Below, one piece after another: positions 22,161-34,340 of a stretch of DNA of 64,000 nt; position 1 is the first letter of the stretch; every line of letters starts with the position of its first letter. The translations under genes were made by a program, and so were the position numbers. Location of the stretch: assembly GCA_038146805.1 (NCBI GenBank), contig JAYQSH010000005.1, forward strand, positions 297,582 through 361,581, written 5' to 3'. The DNA comes from a bacterium (GTDB lineage: Bacteria; Cyanobacteriota; Vampirovibrionia; LMEP-6097). The notes under the pieces were generated by a model. It was not told the DNA's origin and did not search any database. It saw only the letters and a list, made by a program, of their open reading frames with translations.

Positions 22161-23823
22161 AATCGTGCTTGGTCAGTTGAAGGTCTGCGTGATCGATTGA
22201 AGATAGGAATAAATCGAGATATAAAATCAGTCCCAATCAAATTAGATGCTCTTTGTAGTTTTCCCATTCTTAATTTTAGATATAAAATCAGCTTTTCTTT
22301 TTGTTGTATTGGTTTTCGAACCTGCTCAAAGCTTGCTGTTTTCACTGTTTTTAATTCTTGGTGAAAATTCAGACATTTATCACTCCACTCTAAACCACAA
22401 TAATTGAGCAAACGTTCAATTTCTGCTTTTGGGGTTTTTGTTAACTGTTCATGATTGATACAAATCACATCATCACCCATAAAACTATGCCAATGATCTG
22501 TTAATTCTCTATAAATATTATAATGAGCCGCGAGCTCATCTAAGTTATAAATATATTTGTCATCACCATCAAAAAAGATTTTAAAACAAGACCAAAGCAT
22601 GTCTATGGGATGTCTTTGAGCATGAATAATTATTGCTTCGGGAAACATTAACTTTATTAATGGAAAATATTGAAAATTAGTAAGCATCTTATTAATCAAA
22701 AATTTGCCCTTACCATCTTTATTAACACGAGCATTTTTTGCCTTCAATAATTTCAAATACCTTTCACGAAGCACAAGTAATTTTTCTTCATCAATTAAAT
22801 TCCAATCAAGCACATAGCCACTTGGATGCACAGATAGATCACCTAATACATGTATAAAATTTTCTTTAAAATCATTAATCTCACCAACACCTGCAACTTC
22901 TTCATGAGCAGTTAAAACACTTTCAATAAGAGTTGAACCACTTCTAGGCAAACCACAAATAAAGACTGGGACAACATCAGCTTGAGTAAACTTTTTACTT
23001 TGTTCTTTAAGCTTTAAATATTTTTCTTTTGTAAAACCTTGTACTAATTTATTAAAATCATGTACGTATTTGGAAAAATTATAATTTTGCAAAGTACGAT
23101 ATTTTTATTGGCTTTTAAAAAATATCTAAAAGCTTCATCGTACTCTTTTCTTCTTTGATGTGTGAGAGCTCTATTTAAATAATAAAAAGATTTAAAGTGA
23201 TCAGAGATTTTTAGTGTTTGATTGATTTTAATTAAATCATCAATTCTTTTACTTGTGTCATAGCCTTCATTAATCTTATCCCAAGTAACATCTAAAGCAA
23301 AAACTGGATTAATACTAGATGCTTTATCAAGAATTTTTTTCGCTTCTTCAAACTCACCCCTCATTATTAATAAGCCATAGTAAGCATAATAAGCTTCTGC
23401 ACAATTTGGATTTCTTGCAATAAAATCTCTTACGAGCCTAAAAGCATTATTTTCAAAAAAAAGTTTGAGATAGACTTTGATGAGTTTATTAACCAAAGTA
23501 AAATTATTTGGATGTTCTTTAATCAGACTTCTAAGTTGAACTGCCACTCGAATAAACATTTTGTAATCGAGTGTTTCAGCAAGCTTAATCATAACGCCAA
23601 TTTTTTCAACTTGAATTTCTAAATTATTTGGAGCAAGCTTTACTGCATATTCAAACATTGCCAAAGCATCTCTTAATAGATTTTGCTTTACTAATGCTAA
23701 CGCCATTAAACGAATCGCATTGACATCGACTTTTTTGGAAAGAATCGTTTTACAGACTTCCATCACTTTTTTAATATTGCCATTTAAATAATATTGTTTT
23801 GCTTGCTTAATTAACTTTGACAT
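22082..23823 (-). pseudogene. TPR-sulfotransferase family protein split by a frameshift near 23050-23090
   Basis: 23044-23823 is TPR-like; 22082-23092 has the PAPS-binding VFICGLPRSGSTLIE motif, RHPID and VKTASFEQVRKPI. Confidence 0.8.
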
Positions 23824-23828
23824 AATTC

Positions 23829-24866
23829 CTATTCAATAAATTGATCTTCTTCACTGTTACCAATGATAATAATTTCACCAGCTGTCTCAAGTGTTCTAAT
23901 AGTTGCAACAATTTTAGTCTGTACCTCTGAAACATCTTTCATAAGCACTGGTCCCATCATTTCAATATCATCTTTTAATAACTTAGCTGCTTTTTCAGAC
24001 ATATTCTTAAAGAATAATGTTCTAATTTCATCATTAGAACCTTTAAGAGCTAATGCCAAATCTTTGACATCAACATCACGCAATAATCTTTGTATTGATC
24101 TATCATCAAGCCTAACAATATCTTCAAATACAAACATTAGATTTCTAATATCTGTAGCAAGTTCTTGATCTTCAGCTTCTAAGTCTTCTAAAATTGATTT
24201 TTCAGTATTGCGATCAACTCTATTTAAAATTTCTGCAACTGAATCAATACCACCAGCGGCAGTTTGAATATCTCCTTCTGACATAACTCCAGAGAACCTC
24301 CTTTCTAAAATCTTTTCAACAACAGAAAGAATTTCAGGATTTGTTCTTTCCATTTTTGCCAATCTGAAAATTAAATTAGAGCGAATTTTATCAGGTAAGC
24401 ACTGTAAAACCAATGCCGCTTTATCAATTTTCAAATGAGAAAGTAACAAAGCAATAACTTGTGGATCTTCATTTTGAATTGTTGAAGCAATTTGCTCAGG
24501 ATCTATAGCTCTAAGAAATTCAAAAGGAACTCTTTGAATGGTATTTGTCATTCTATCGATAATTTCATTAGCACCGTCCTGCCCATAAGCATTTACAAGC
24601 AAACCTTCGGCTATATTTAAACTTCCACTGGTGATACCTTTCTGTAATTCCAAAGCATCATACATTTCATTTAGTAAAATTTCTTGGTCTGATTCTTTTA
24701 AACTTCCAATCAAAGAAATTTCTTTTGCAAGTGCAATTACTTCGTGATCATCATCAAAGCTACGCATAACAGCCGCTGATGCTTCAGGGTCCATTAAGAC
24801 CAATAGTGCAGCAACCTTCATTCGTTTACTCCAGTTTTTAATTGATGTTTGATGTTTTACAGCCAT
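23829..24866 (-). CDS. fliG: Flagellar motor switch protein FliG
   Basis: PFEFL, EDPQVIAL (EHPQ motif), GG linker, MFVFED, LALALKG. Confidence 0.95.
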   Translation of the reverse strand: MAVKHQTSIKNWSKRMKVAALLVLMDPEASAAVMRSFDDDHEVIALAKEISLIGSLKESDQEILLNEMYDALELQKGITSGSLNIAEGLLVNAYGQDGANEIIDRMTNTIQRVPFEFLRAIDPEQIASTIQNEDPQVIALLLSHLKIDKAALVLQCLPDKIRSNLIFRLAKMERTNPEILSVVEKILERRFSGVMSEGDIQTAAGGIDSVAEILNRVDRNTEKSILEDLEAEDQELATDIRNLMFVFEDIVRLDDRSIQRLLRDVDVKDLALALKGSNDEIRTLFFKNMSEKAAKLLKDDIEMMGPVLMKDVSEVQTKIVATIRTLETAGEIIIIGNSEEDQFIE

Positions 24867-24988
24867 AAATAATCACAAGCTTCCTAAATCTTGTTACCTA
24901 CATTTAACCCATTAAAATCCTATAGAAATTAGACAAAATGACTATTTTCTGGGCTCTAAATAGGCTGTAAGATATAATTTTTTAAGTA

Positions 24989-26073
24989 ATGAAGAAATTT
25001 TCTCCACCATTTGCACTAGTTTTACTAATAGTTTGTATTCACAGTTTTATTTTTAGTCTTTGTGTCAATGCTCAAGAAACAAGCAATCAAAGAATTGCAA
25101 AAGTTACCAAAGTTATTGAGCATACAAATGAAAATAACCTTAGAGAACAATTAGTAACTTTATCTTTTAGAGACGATAATAATATTGAACAAACTTTATT
25201 TATCAACAACCTTGTACCTGATAATCAAGCTTATGCAATAGTTGCAGAAACTAACCGTGAATATTTGATAAATACTGATGAAAATTCAGATCAAATGTAT
25301 ATTAGTGATTATTATCGAGAAAAAGTCCTAATTGCTTTAATTATCATTTTTTGTTTTTTAGTTATTGCACTTGGCGGCTCTAAAGGTGTAAAAGCTTTAA
25401 TTTCTTTGATATTAACAGCAGTTGCTATCATTTATGTTTTAATACCTGGTATCAAAACAGGAGCTAGCCCTATTACACTTGCAATAACGATTTCTGCTTT
25501 TGCCACAGCTGTAACCATGACTTTAATTGCTGGCTTCAACAAAAAATCACTTGCGGCTACACTTGGCACAGTTGGCGGAGTTAGCGTAGCTGGGTTACTT
25601 GCACAGCTTGTGATTCAACTTGCTCCCTTGAGCGGACTTGCAAGTACAGAAGCACATATTTTACTAGCTAACTCACAAGGTTCTAACTTTGATTTTCAAG
25701 GTATTCTTGCGGCTGGTATTTTGATTGCTAGTTTAGGAGCTTCAATGGACGTATCTATTTCAATCGCAAGCGCCATACAAGAACTTTGTGAAGTAAAAAA
25801 ACAACAAAACAAAAAAGAACTTTTAAACATGCCATGAATATCGGCAAAGACATTATGGGAACCATGACCAATACCTTAATTCTTGCTTACACAGGTGCAT
25901 CTATTCCACTTTTGATTTTATTGTCTCAAGATTCAGGCTTAAGAATCTTAAACATCGAAATCATTGCAACTGAAATTAGCGCTGCGCTGATTGGTAGCAT
26001 TGGCTTGCTACTAGCAATACCAATAACAGCACTAGTTGGAGCAAGTATGCATAAATCTTTATCAGAAAATTAG
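24989..26073 (+). CDS. YibE/F-family membrane protein, split by a frameshift near 25830
   Basis: LGASMDVSISIAS in the first part; IGKDIMGTMTNTLILAYTGAS in the overlapping ORF 25834-26073. Confidence 0.85.
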
Positions 26074-26094
26074 TTAAGGTTATAATAATTATCA

Positions 26095-26748
26095 ATGGCT
26101 GATTTATTAGATTTTTCAGAAAGTATCAAGAGCCTATACCTTGTGCGTCATGGTGAAACTAGCGCGACCAAAAAAGGTATCATTTGCGGTAATAGCGATA
26201 TTCCATTGAACGAAGAAGGTATTGAGCAAAGCTATACTCTAGCATCATGGTTTGCTGATATAGAGATAGACTCTATTTTTTCAAGCCCGCTTCAAAGGAC
26301 TTCTTTCACAGCTGATGATATTGCTAAAGCTTGTAAAATTCCAACTTACTTTAAACATAGCGGTTTAATAGAAAAAAAAGAAGGCGAATGGGAAGGTAAA
26401 ACCTACTGGCAATTACGTGACGAAGATCCAAAAGCTTGGGAGAAATGGTCAAAAGATCCAATAAATTTTTCTCCACCAGCCGGAGAAAGCGTCAAAGATT
26501 TTGTTGCTCGTGTGGATAGAGCTCTAATGGATATTATTCATAATTACGACTCAGGCAACAAAATAATTTTATCTACTCATGCAGGTGTTATAAGATCCAT
26601 CATTATGAATTGTCTTAATATCCCTGTTGAAAACTTCTTTCGCATTGATGTGCCACCGGGTTCAATCACTAAGATCGAATACTCAAACAGCTTTGCTACT
26701 TTGAAATATTGTGGGCTCACTTTAGAAAGTTATAGCTATAGTTTATAA
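26095..26748 (+). CDS. Histidine phosphatase (phosphoglycerate mutase/CobC-like)
   Basis: YLVRHGET, SSPLQR, GEWEG, GES and THAGVI motifs. Confidence 0.9.
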   Translation: MADLLDFSESIKSLYLVRHGETSATKKGIICGNSDIPLNEEGIEQSYTLASWFADIEIDSIFSSPLQRTSFTADDIAKACKIPTYFKHSGLIEKKEGEWEGKTYWQLRDEDPKAWEKWSKDPINFSPPAGESVKDFVARVDRALMDIIHNYDSGNKIILSTHAGVIRSIIMNCLNIPVENFFRIDVPPGSITKIEYSNSFATLKYCGLTLESYSYSL

Positions 26749-26890
26749 AAATTAATTTTAGCAAAGTGATAACTTAACTCAATTTTAACCAAAAATTGCT
26801 AATTAATATAAAGAGTTTTTATTTAAAAACTAAGCCCACTTAAGGTTATTAAGTAAAAAAATAGAAAAGTTCTTTAGAACAAGGAGTTCT

Positions 26891-27270
26891 TTGATGGATA
26901 AAATCGAGCGAGCATTTATGATGTTTGATTTTGATAAAGATCAACAACATAAAGCAAATGCAAGTAATAATGACTTGAGTAATGAATTCAAAAACATTAC
27001 ACTTAGTAGCTTTGAAAATAATTATGGAATTAAACTAGACCCTGAAAAAAGGAAAAAATCTTTGCTCCTTGATAAATCAAAATGATATAGAGAGATCAAA
27101 GTTTTATTCTCAATTGATAAATCTGAAAATCATAATAAAAACAGTGAAAGATCCTAGCAAATGACAAGCTCACGCTTTTAGATCAAATGTTTTATTCTCA
27201 ATATGATCCAGAATCTTTAGAAAAAACTGCAGTTAGCGAAGACAAACTTTTTTTACTAGATGACTACTAA
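26891..27270 (+). pseudogene. Hypothetical protein fragment(s)
   Basis: AAGGAG RBS before a 64 aa ORF; coding-like sequence continues in other frames to about 27270. Confidence 0.35.
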
Positions 27271-27311
27271 AAAAATATCTAGAAACTTTTTTGGTGACAA
27301 ATTTACTATTG

Positions 27312-28799
27312 TTAATGCTTAAAATGTCTTAAGTTTGTAAATGCCATTGCGATTTTCAGTTCATTACAAGCATTAATCACTTCTTGGTCTTTGATAGAGC
27401 CACCCGGTTGAATAATTACTTCTATATTGTTTTGTGCCGCAAGCTGAATACTATCTGCAAAAGGAAAGAAACCATCCGAAGCCAAAACCGCAGACCTAGT
27501 ATCCATATCCATTTTCTTTAATGCATCTTCAACTGCTTTTACCCTATTGGTTTGCCCGCAACCAATGCCAACTGTTTTACCATCTTTAACAACAACAATT
27601 GCATTTGATTTAACATGTTTCACAACCTTCCAAGCTAGTATCAAATCAACCCATAAAGTTTCATCAATTTGTTTTTCGGTTACTATTTTTAATTTTTCTT
27701 TGTCCAAAAGACTATTGTTAGGCTCTTGCACTAAATAAGCACCATTGATTCTATAAATATTTTTTTCTTGATCTTCTTGCCATTGCATTTCTATCAATCT
27801 TAAATTTGCTTTCTTTTTTAAAATATTCAAAGCATCTTCACTAAACTCTGGTGCAATCACACACTCCACAAACAAATTACTCAATTCATTTGCACAAGCT
27901 AAATCTACCGGTACATTAAAGGCAACTATACCGCCAAAAGCACTCACTGTATCACAGCTTAAAGCTTCAATAAAAGCTTGCGCACAATTTGGCGCAATCG
28001 CAACTCCACAAGGATTACTATGCTTAATAATCGCACAACAAGGAATAGTTGCATCATACTCATTGACAATATTCCAAGCCGCATTTAAATCAAGTAAATT
28101 ATTAAAACTAATTTCTTTACCTTGATGTTGTTTAAAATTTGCAAAACCAAAAGCATTGCTTGAAGTAGTTTCGTACAAAGCAGCAGTTTGTTGAGGATTT
28201 TCTCCATATCTTAATTGTGCTTTCTTTTCTAAATTTAATAGCTGTGCATCTTTACTATTAGCAAGGTTTTGAAAAATAGCGGCATCGTAAGCAGAACAAT
28301 GTTTAAAAACTTTTGCCGCAAAGCTTTTTCTTTGCTCCAAAGAATCTGCATTTGCAATAAAACTTTGATAATCAGCAGGATCACAAATAGCTGTCACACG
28401 TTCATAATTTTTAGCCGCCGCTCTTAACAAAGAAACCCCACCAATATCAATGTTTTCAATACTTGGACTTTCTTGAAACGGATACAAATTAACCACAACT
28501 AAATCAAAAAGCCCTAAATTTAGGTTAGACATTTCTTCTTTGTCACTATCTTGAGCAAGGATTCCAGCAAAAACTTTATGATCCAAAGTTTTTACCCGAC
28601 CACCAATCAACTCAGGCACCCCAGTAATAGTTTTTATATTTTGTGCTTTAAAGCCAAGTTTTTTAATTTCCTCTAAAGTACCACCAGTAGAAAAAATCTC
28701 ACAATTTTTTTCTTCTAGAAACTCCAAGAGAGTTTCCAAGTTATATTTATTTGCTACTGAAATTAAAGCTCGCACAAAAAAGAATTTTAACATTGACAA
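27312..28799 (-). CDS. purH: Bifunctional AICAR transformylase/IMP cyclohydrolase
   Basis: RALISV, GGRVKTL, IDIGG, LRYGENP, KHSNPCG, ASDGFFPF, RHFKH. Confidence 0.97.
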   Translation of the reverse strand: MSMLKFFFVRALISVANKYNLETLLEFLEEKNCEIFSTGGTLEEIKKLGFKAQNIKTITGVPELIGGRVKTLDHKVFAGILAQDSDKEEMSNLNLGLFDLVVVNLYPFQESPSIENIDIGGVSLLRAAAKNYERVTAICDPADYQSFIANADSLEQRKSFAAKVFKHCSAYDAAIFQNLANSKDAQLLNLEKKAQLRYGENPQQTAALYETTSSNAFGFANFKQHQGKEISFNNLLDLNAAWNIVNEYDATIPCCAIIKHSNPCGVAIAPNCAQAFIEALSCDTVSAFGGIVAFNVPVDLACANELSNLFVECVIAPEFSEDALNILKKKANLRLIEMQWQEDQEKNIYRINGAYLVQEPNNSLLDKEKLKIVTEKQIDETLWVDLILAWKVVKHVKSNAIVVVKDGKTVGIGCGQTNRVKAVEDALKKMDMDTRSAVLASDGFFPFADSIQLAAQNNIEVIIQPGGSIKDQEVINACNELKIAMAFTNLRHFKH

Positions 28800-28837
28800 G
28801 CCTTAGCTTGTAAGAGGGCTTGTGCTAATCTATAGTT

Positions 28838-29734
28838 ATGACTCAAAGTGGTCAATATAGCCATATTTCAGTAATGCTCTCAGAAGCCTTAGAAGCGCTT
28901 GCTATAAGCCCTGAAAAAACATATTTTGATGGCACGCTTGGAGCGGCTGGGCATTCTCGGGCAATTCTTGCAAAACTTAATAAAAACGGAAATTTGTTTT
29001 CTTTTGATCAAGACCCTAATGTAATTGAAAAAATCCAAGCTGAAAAACAAAACGAAAATTGGACTTTGATCAATAAAAACTTTGCTGAAATTTGGGATTT
29101 TTGTCAAGCACAAAAAATCACTATTGACGGTGGTATCTTACTAGATCTCGGTCTAAGTTCAATCCAGCTTGATGACCCATTGAGAGGTTTTAGTTTTAAT
29201 GCTGACAATATTTTAGATATGCGCATGGATACCAATAGTGATCTAACGGCGCATGATGTAGTGAATAAATTTTCTGAAAAAGAAATTGCTGATATTTTAT
29301 ACAACTACGCAGAAGAAAGAAAATCTAGATTAATTGCAAAATCTATTTTAGAAAAAAGACCAATAAATTCTTGTCTTCAACTAGCTGAACTCATAAAAAA
29401 TATTTATGCCAAAACAAGTTCACGCAAAACAAGTTTTAAAATTCACCCAGCTACAAAAAGTTTTCAAGCACTGCGAATTTTTGTTAACAAAGAACTCGAT
29501 GTTTTAGAGACTCTGCTCAAATTAGATTTCAACTGCCTCAAACAAGGTGCGCGTATTGCAATTATTAGTTTTCATTCACTTGAGGACCGTATCGTCAAAA
29601 ACGCTTTTCGTGAATTTAAAAAACAAGGCTTAGTAAAAATCATCAGCAAAAAACCGCTTATTGCTAATGACGCAGAACTTGCTGTAAATGCACGCTCCAG
29701 AAGTGCAAAACTTCGAGTTGCCGAAGTGCTTTAA
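28838..29734 (+). CDS. rsmH: 16S rRNA m4C1402 methyltransferase
   Basis: HISVM, DGTLGAAGHS, DLGLSS, LDMRM, ISFHSLEDR, RSRSAKLR. Confidence 0.96.
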   Translation: MTQSGQYSHISVMLSEALEALAISPEKTYFDGTLGAAGHSRAILAKLNKNGNLFSFDQDPNVIEKIQAEKQNENWTLINKNFAEIWDFCQAQKITIDGGILLDLGLSSIQLDDPLRGFSFNADNILDMRMDTNSDLTAHDVVNKFSEKEIADILYNYAEERKSRLIAKSILEKRPINSCLQLAELIKNIYAKTSSRKTSFKIHPATKSFQALRIFVNKELDVLETLLKLDFNCLKQGARIAIISFHSLEDRIVKNAFREFKKQGLVKIISKKPLIANDAELAVNARSRSAKLRVAEVL

Positions 29735-29752
29735 ACTACTTATAATAAAGAT

Positions 29753-30118
29753 ATGAGGGATTTTAACGAAACAAGTCTTGAAAATAACAAAATCCCATTT
29801 TTAAAATTGTTTTTTGTTGTCTTGGCAATTATTTTAGTTGTTAATCTATTAAATATTAATCTTGAAGTTGCTAACTATCGACTTAGCAAATCTATTGACA
29901 AGCTTGACGAAGAAAAAAATATCCTAAGAGCCAAATATCTTTCAGATACATCAATGTCAAATCTTGTTCATAAAGCTCAAGATTTTCATATGAGTGAAAT
30001 TTCAAACGCAAACACCATTAAAATTTCATCAAAGCTCGCACAAACAAAATTAAAGGAGCTTGAAGAAAATCAAGCTCCTTTAAAAAAAGATTCAAACTAT
30101 TATTTTTTTGGTTTTTAG
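29753..30118 (+). CDS. FtsL-like single-TM coiled-coil protein
   Basis: TM followed by coiled coil, directly after rsmH (canonical ftsL position). Confidence 0.55.
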   Translation: MRDFNETSLENNKIPFLKLFFVVLAIILVVNLLNINLEVANYRLSKSIDKLDEEKNILRAKYLSDTSMSNLVHKAQDFHMSEISNANTIKISSKLAQTKLKELEENQAPLKKDSNYYFFGF

Positions 30119-30543
30119 AAAGGGATTTCTTGGTTATCAAAAGCATCTTTCTCAGAACCAGCATTTGAGCTTTCTAATTCATCATAAACACTTGAGTCGA
30201 TAGCATTAGAGTTATTGCTTTTGTTTAAATCAGAAACAAAATTTAGGCTAGATGCTTCAAGATTTAACAAACGAACATTTTTACCATTCTTATCAGCAAA
30301 TTGATCAATTTGCAATCTACCACTAACAACAATTTTTGTACCTTGAGTCAAGTTTGCTACTTGATCAACATAGCTTTCACCCCACAAAGTAACTTTAACG
30401 GGGTAAGATTTTTCTTGTTTAGCACGACTATCATAACGAGTAATATTCATCATTAAGTTAATGACAGTATTTCCGTTAGGAGTAGATCTTTGTTCTGCAT
30501 TTTTGTTGATTGTTCCAGACAAAGTTGCAATAGCAATTGACAT
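30115..30543 (-). CDS. ssb: Single-stranded DNA-binding protein
   Basis: OB fold (VVSGRLQ) and acidic C-terminal tail EIPF; follows rpsF. Confidence 0.9.
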   Translation of the reverse strand: MSIAIATLSGTINKNAEQRSTPNGNTVINLMMNITRYDSRAKQEKSYPVKVTLWGESYVDQVANLTQGTKIVVSGRLQIDQFADKNGKNVRLLNLEASSLNFVSDLNKSNNSNAIDSSVYDELESSNAGSEKDAFDNQEIPF

Positions 30544-30584
30544 AATTTTTTCCTTTTAGTTTTGGTCGCTAATTCTTAAAATGA

Positions 30585-30878
30585 CTAAGCTTGTTGAGCT
30601 AAAACAAATAATTCTAGTCTCAAAATATCGCTAAGCAAAGCCAACTGTTTTTTGATCTCTGCTAAATCCTTAGTATCAGATTCGATTTCAACTGTTACTT
30701 GATATGCTTCTCTTCTGTCTTTAATAGGGTACTTTAATTTGGTGTTAGAACCATTATTAACTTTGACAAATTTTCCGCCATATTTATTTAAAACAGTTTC
30801 TATCTCACGCAAAGACTTCTGAGCTTGAGCATCATCTGCTTTTGAATTCAATAATAAAAATAATTCATAGTTACGCAT
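30585..30878 (-). CDS. rpsF: 30S ribosomal protein S6
   Basis: MRNYEL start, KLKYPIK, ILR; upstream of ssb. Confidence 0.9.
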   Translation of the reverse strand: MRNYELFLLLNSKADDAQAQKSLREIETVLNKYGGKFVKVNNGSNTKLKYPIKDRREAYQVTVEIESDTKDLAEIKKQLALLSDILRLELFVLAQQA

Positions 30879-30983
30879 AGTAGCTAATTATATTAACTTT
30901 GCTTGCCAAAAAGCAAGTTTTTACGCATTTACGCAAAAAATTAATAATCAAAAGACAGATACTTAAGCTAAGATAAAGACATT

Positions 30984-31748
30984 ATGAAAGCAGATATAGG
31001 TATTTTTGGTGGAAGCGGGCTTTATTCATTGATGGATAATGTCGAAGAAGTCGAGATAGATACTCCCTACGGAAAACCATCAGATAAGATTTTTATGGCT
31101 GAATATGCAGGTAAAAAAATCGCTTTTTTACCAAGACACGCACGCGATCATAGCATTCCTCCGCACAAAATCAACTATAGAGCAAATGTTTGGGCTTTTA
31201 AAGAGCTCGGTTGTAAAGCGGTTATTTGTCCTTGCGCGGCAGGTAGTTTACAAGTAAACTATGCTCCCGGGGATTTTGCAATTGCTGATCAATGGGTTGA
31301 TCGCACCAATGGCACTAGAGCAGATACTTTTTTTGAAGGACCCGATGTCAAACATATCAGTCCCGCAATCCCTTACACACAAAGCTTAAGAGAGCTTGCT
31401 TTATCAGCGGCAAAACAAAATGATATAAAAGTTCACGATGGCGGCACCGTTGTTGTTATTAACGGACCAAGATTTTCCACTCAAGCAGAGTCAAAATGGT
31501 TTCATGATATGGGCTGGGAAATTATCAATATGACTCAATACCCAGAAGCTTATTTGGTCAAAGAAGCTGGCATGGATGTAGTTAATATCTCGTTAATTAC
31601 AGACTATGACAGTGGTGTACATACTGGCACTGAACCAGTAAGCCATGAAGCGGTACTTGAAGTTTTTAATCAAAATCTTGATAATTTGAGAAAACTACTC
31701 TTTACTTTGATTGAATTAATCCCTGTAGAAGCATCAACAAAAGCCTAA
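30984..31748 (+). CDS. mtnP: S-methyl-5'-thioadenosine phosphorylase
   Basis: IGIFGGSG, TPYGKPS, FLPRH, GPRFST, NMT and TDYD motifs. Confidence 0.92.
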   Translation: MKADIGIFGGSGLYSLMDNVEEVEIDTPYGKPSDKIFMAEYAGKKIAFLPRHARDHSIPPHKINYRANVWAFKELGCKAVICPCAAGSLQVNYAPGDFAIADQWVDRTNGTRADTFFEGPDVKHISPAIPYTQSLRELALSAAKQNDIKVHDGGTVVVINGPRFSTQAESKWFHDMGWEIINMTQYPEAYLVKEAGMDVVNISLITDYDSGVHTGTEPVSHEAVLEVFNQNLDNLRKLLFTLIELIPVEASTKA

Positions 31749-31815
31749 GACACTTCGGACCGTGTTCATTTTGTCTTATTTTTGAGACACTTCGGACCGT
31801 GTTCATTTTGTCTCA
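31746..31815 (+). repeat. 2 x 37-bp REP-like repeat beginning at the mtnP stop codon
   Basis: TAA-GACACTTCGGACCGTGTTCATTTTGTCT; units start at 31748 and 31785. Confidence 0.9.
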
Positions 31816-31826
31816 CGATTCAATAA

Positions 31827-31912
31827 TGGGACTGATTCCAAACCCCATTTTGAATTTTAAAATACAGTGAAATGTTAAAATCACTAGCAAATGGGGTCAG
31901 AAAGCACGCCCA
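31827..31912 (-). mobile_element. MITE family A, short form (module 2 only, 86 bp), TAA target duplication
   Basis: Ends GGGACTGATTCCAAACCCC / GGGGTCAGAAAGCACGCCC; flanked by TAA on both sides; core matches 39770-39853 in inverted orientation. Confidence 0.85.
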
Positions 31913-31974
31913 TAATTTAACCTAGCTACTGTCAACAAATCCTGATAACTGCTTTACTGTTACAATAATGCATT

Positions 31975-32712
31975 ATGAAAACAGTTGCAGTTATACCAGC
32001 TAGACTTAATAGTACAAGGCTCGCAAAAAAATTACTTCTTGAAATTGATGGTAAAAGTATCATTCAACACACTTTTGAAAAAGCTCAAGGAGCGAAACTC
32101 CTAAACGAAGTTTGGATCGCGACTGATTCTCAAGAACTATTAGAACATTGCCAAAAATTTACCCAGCAAGTTTGTTTAACTTCAAGCGCACATCAATCAG
32201 GATCTGATCGTGTTGCAGAACTTGCGGCGAATAATCCAGATTGGGATTTAGTAATCAACGTACAAGGTGATGAACCCTTTGTCTCACCTGCTGATATTGA
32301 TAGAGTAGTTGAGCCATTTTTACATGACCCCAAATTAGAAATGGCGAGTTTATTTTACTATTTTGATAAAGAACCAGCTTATTCAGAAGCAGAAATTCAT
32401 AACCCCTCTAATGTAAAAGTGGTAACCGACCTCAATAACCGCGCCTTATATTTTTCACGCAGTGCAATCCCAAACCCAAGAATGGATAGCGCTTATCGCT
32501 ACAAAAAACATTTAGGCATCTATGCTTACAAAAGAGAAACCTTACTAAGATACTGTGCCTATGATCGTACAGATTTAGAACAAAAAGAAAGTCTTGAACA
32601 ATTACGCGCACTAGCAAACGGCATTGATATATTAATGGTTGAAGCTAATGCTAATTCTATTGGAATTGATACGCAAGAAGATTATGAATTAGCCCAATCA
32701 ATCGCTAATTAA
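31975..32712 (+). CDS. kdsB: 3-deoxy-manno-octulosonate cytidylyltransferase
   Basis: IPARLNSTRL, SGSDR, NVQGDEP, ALYFSRS, HLGIYAY, LEQLR. Confidence 0.96.
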   Translation: MKTVAVIPARLNSTRLAKKLLLEIDGKSIIQHTFEKAQGAKLLNEVWIATDSQELLEHCQKFTQQVCLTSSAHQSGSDRVAELAANNPDWDLVINVQGDEPFVSPADIDRVVEPFLHDPKLEMASLFYYFDKEPAYSEAEIHNPSNVKVVTDLNNRALYFSRSAIPNPRMDSAYRYKKHLGIYAYKRETLLRYCAYDRTDLEQKESLEQLRALANGIDILMVEANANSIGIDTQEDYELAQSIAN

Positions 32713-32735
32713 GAAAAATTTCTTCTTCAAAAGCC

Positions 32736-34064
<1,329 letters not shown>

Positions 34065-34340
34065 TTATTCTATCATTTTTTGATACTAGATAACCATGAT
34101 TAGATTTAATCTTTTGTAAGGCTAATTTTAAGATTTTAAGAGTTTTTTTTTCAATCTACTTCAAAAAAACTACAAAAAAAAACTTAGAACAGAATCATTA
34201 AACAAAAATATATTTTCAAGAACTTAGACTAATTAGAGACGCACTGCAAATCCGATAGAGAAGATTGTTAGAGTATATGTTAGTTAAATCTCTGACAGCG
34301 TAACAAAAATTACAAAGGGTATAGCACAAAGGAGAATATT

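Noticed and set aside
30115-30878. rpsF-ssb without rpsR
   Set aside because: rpsR is unlinked in several phyla, including Cyanobacteria; not unusual on its own.
34309-34336. ANTAR dual-hairpin target in the flagellin 1 leader (ACAAAGGGTA / ACAAAGGAGA)
   Set aside because: The AAAG loops lack proper 3-bp closing stems with hexaloops; the 37-bp repeats also do not fit the A1/G4 hexaloop motif.
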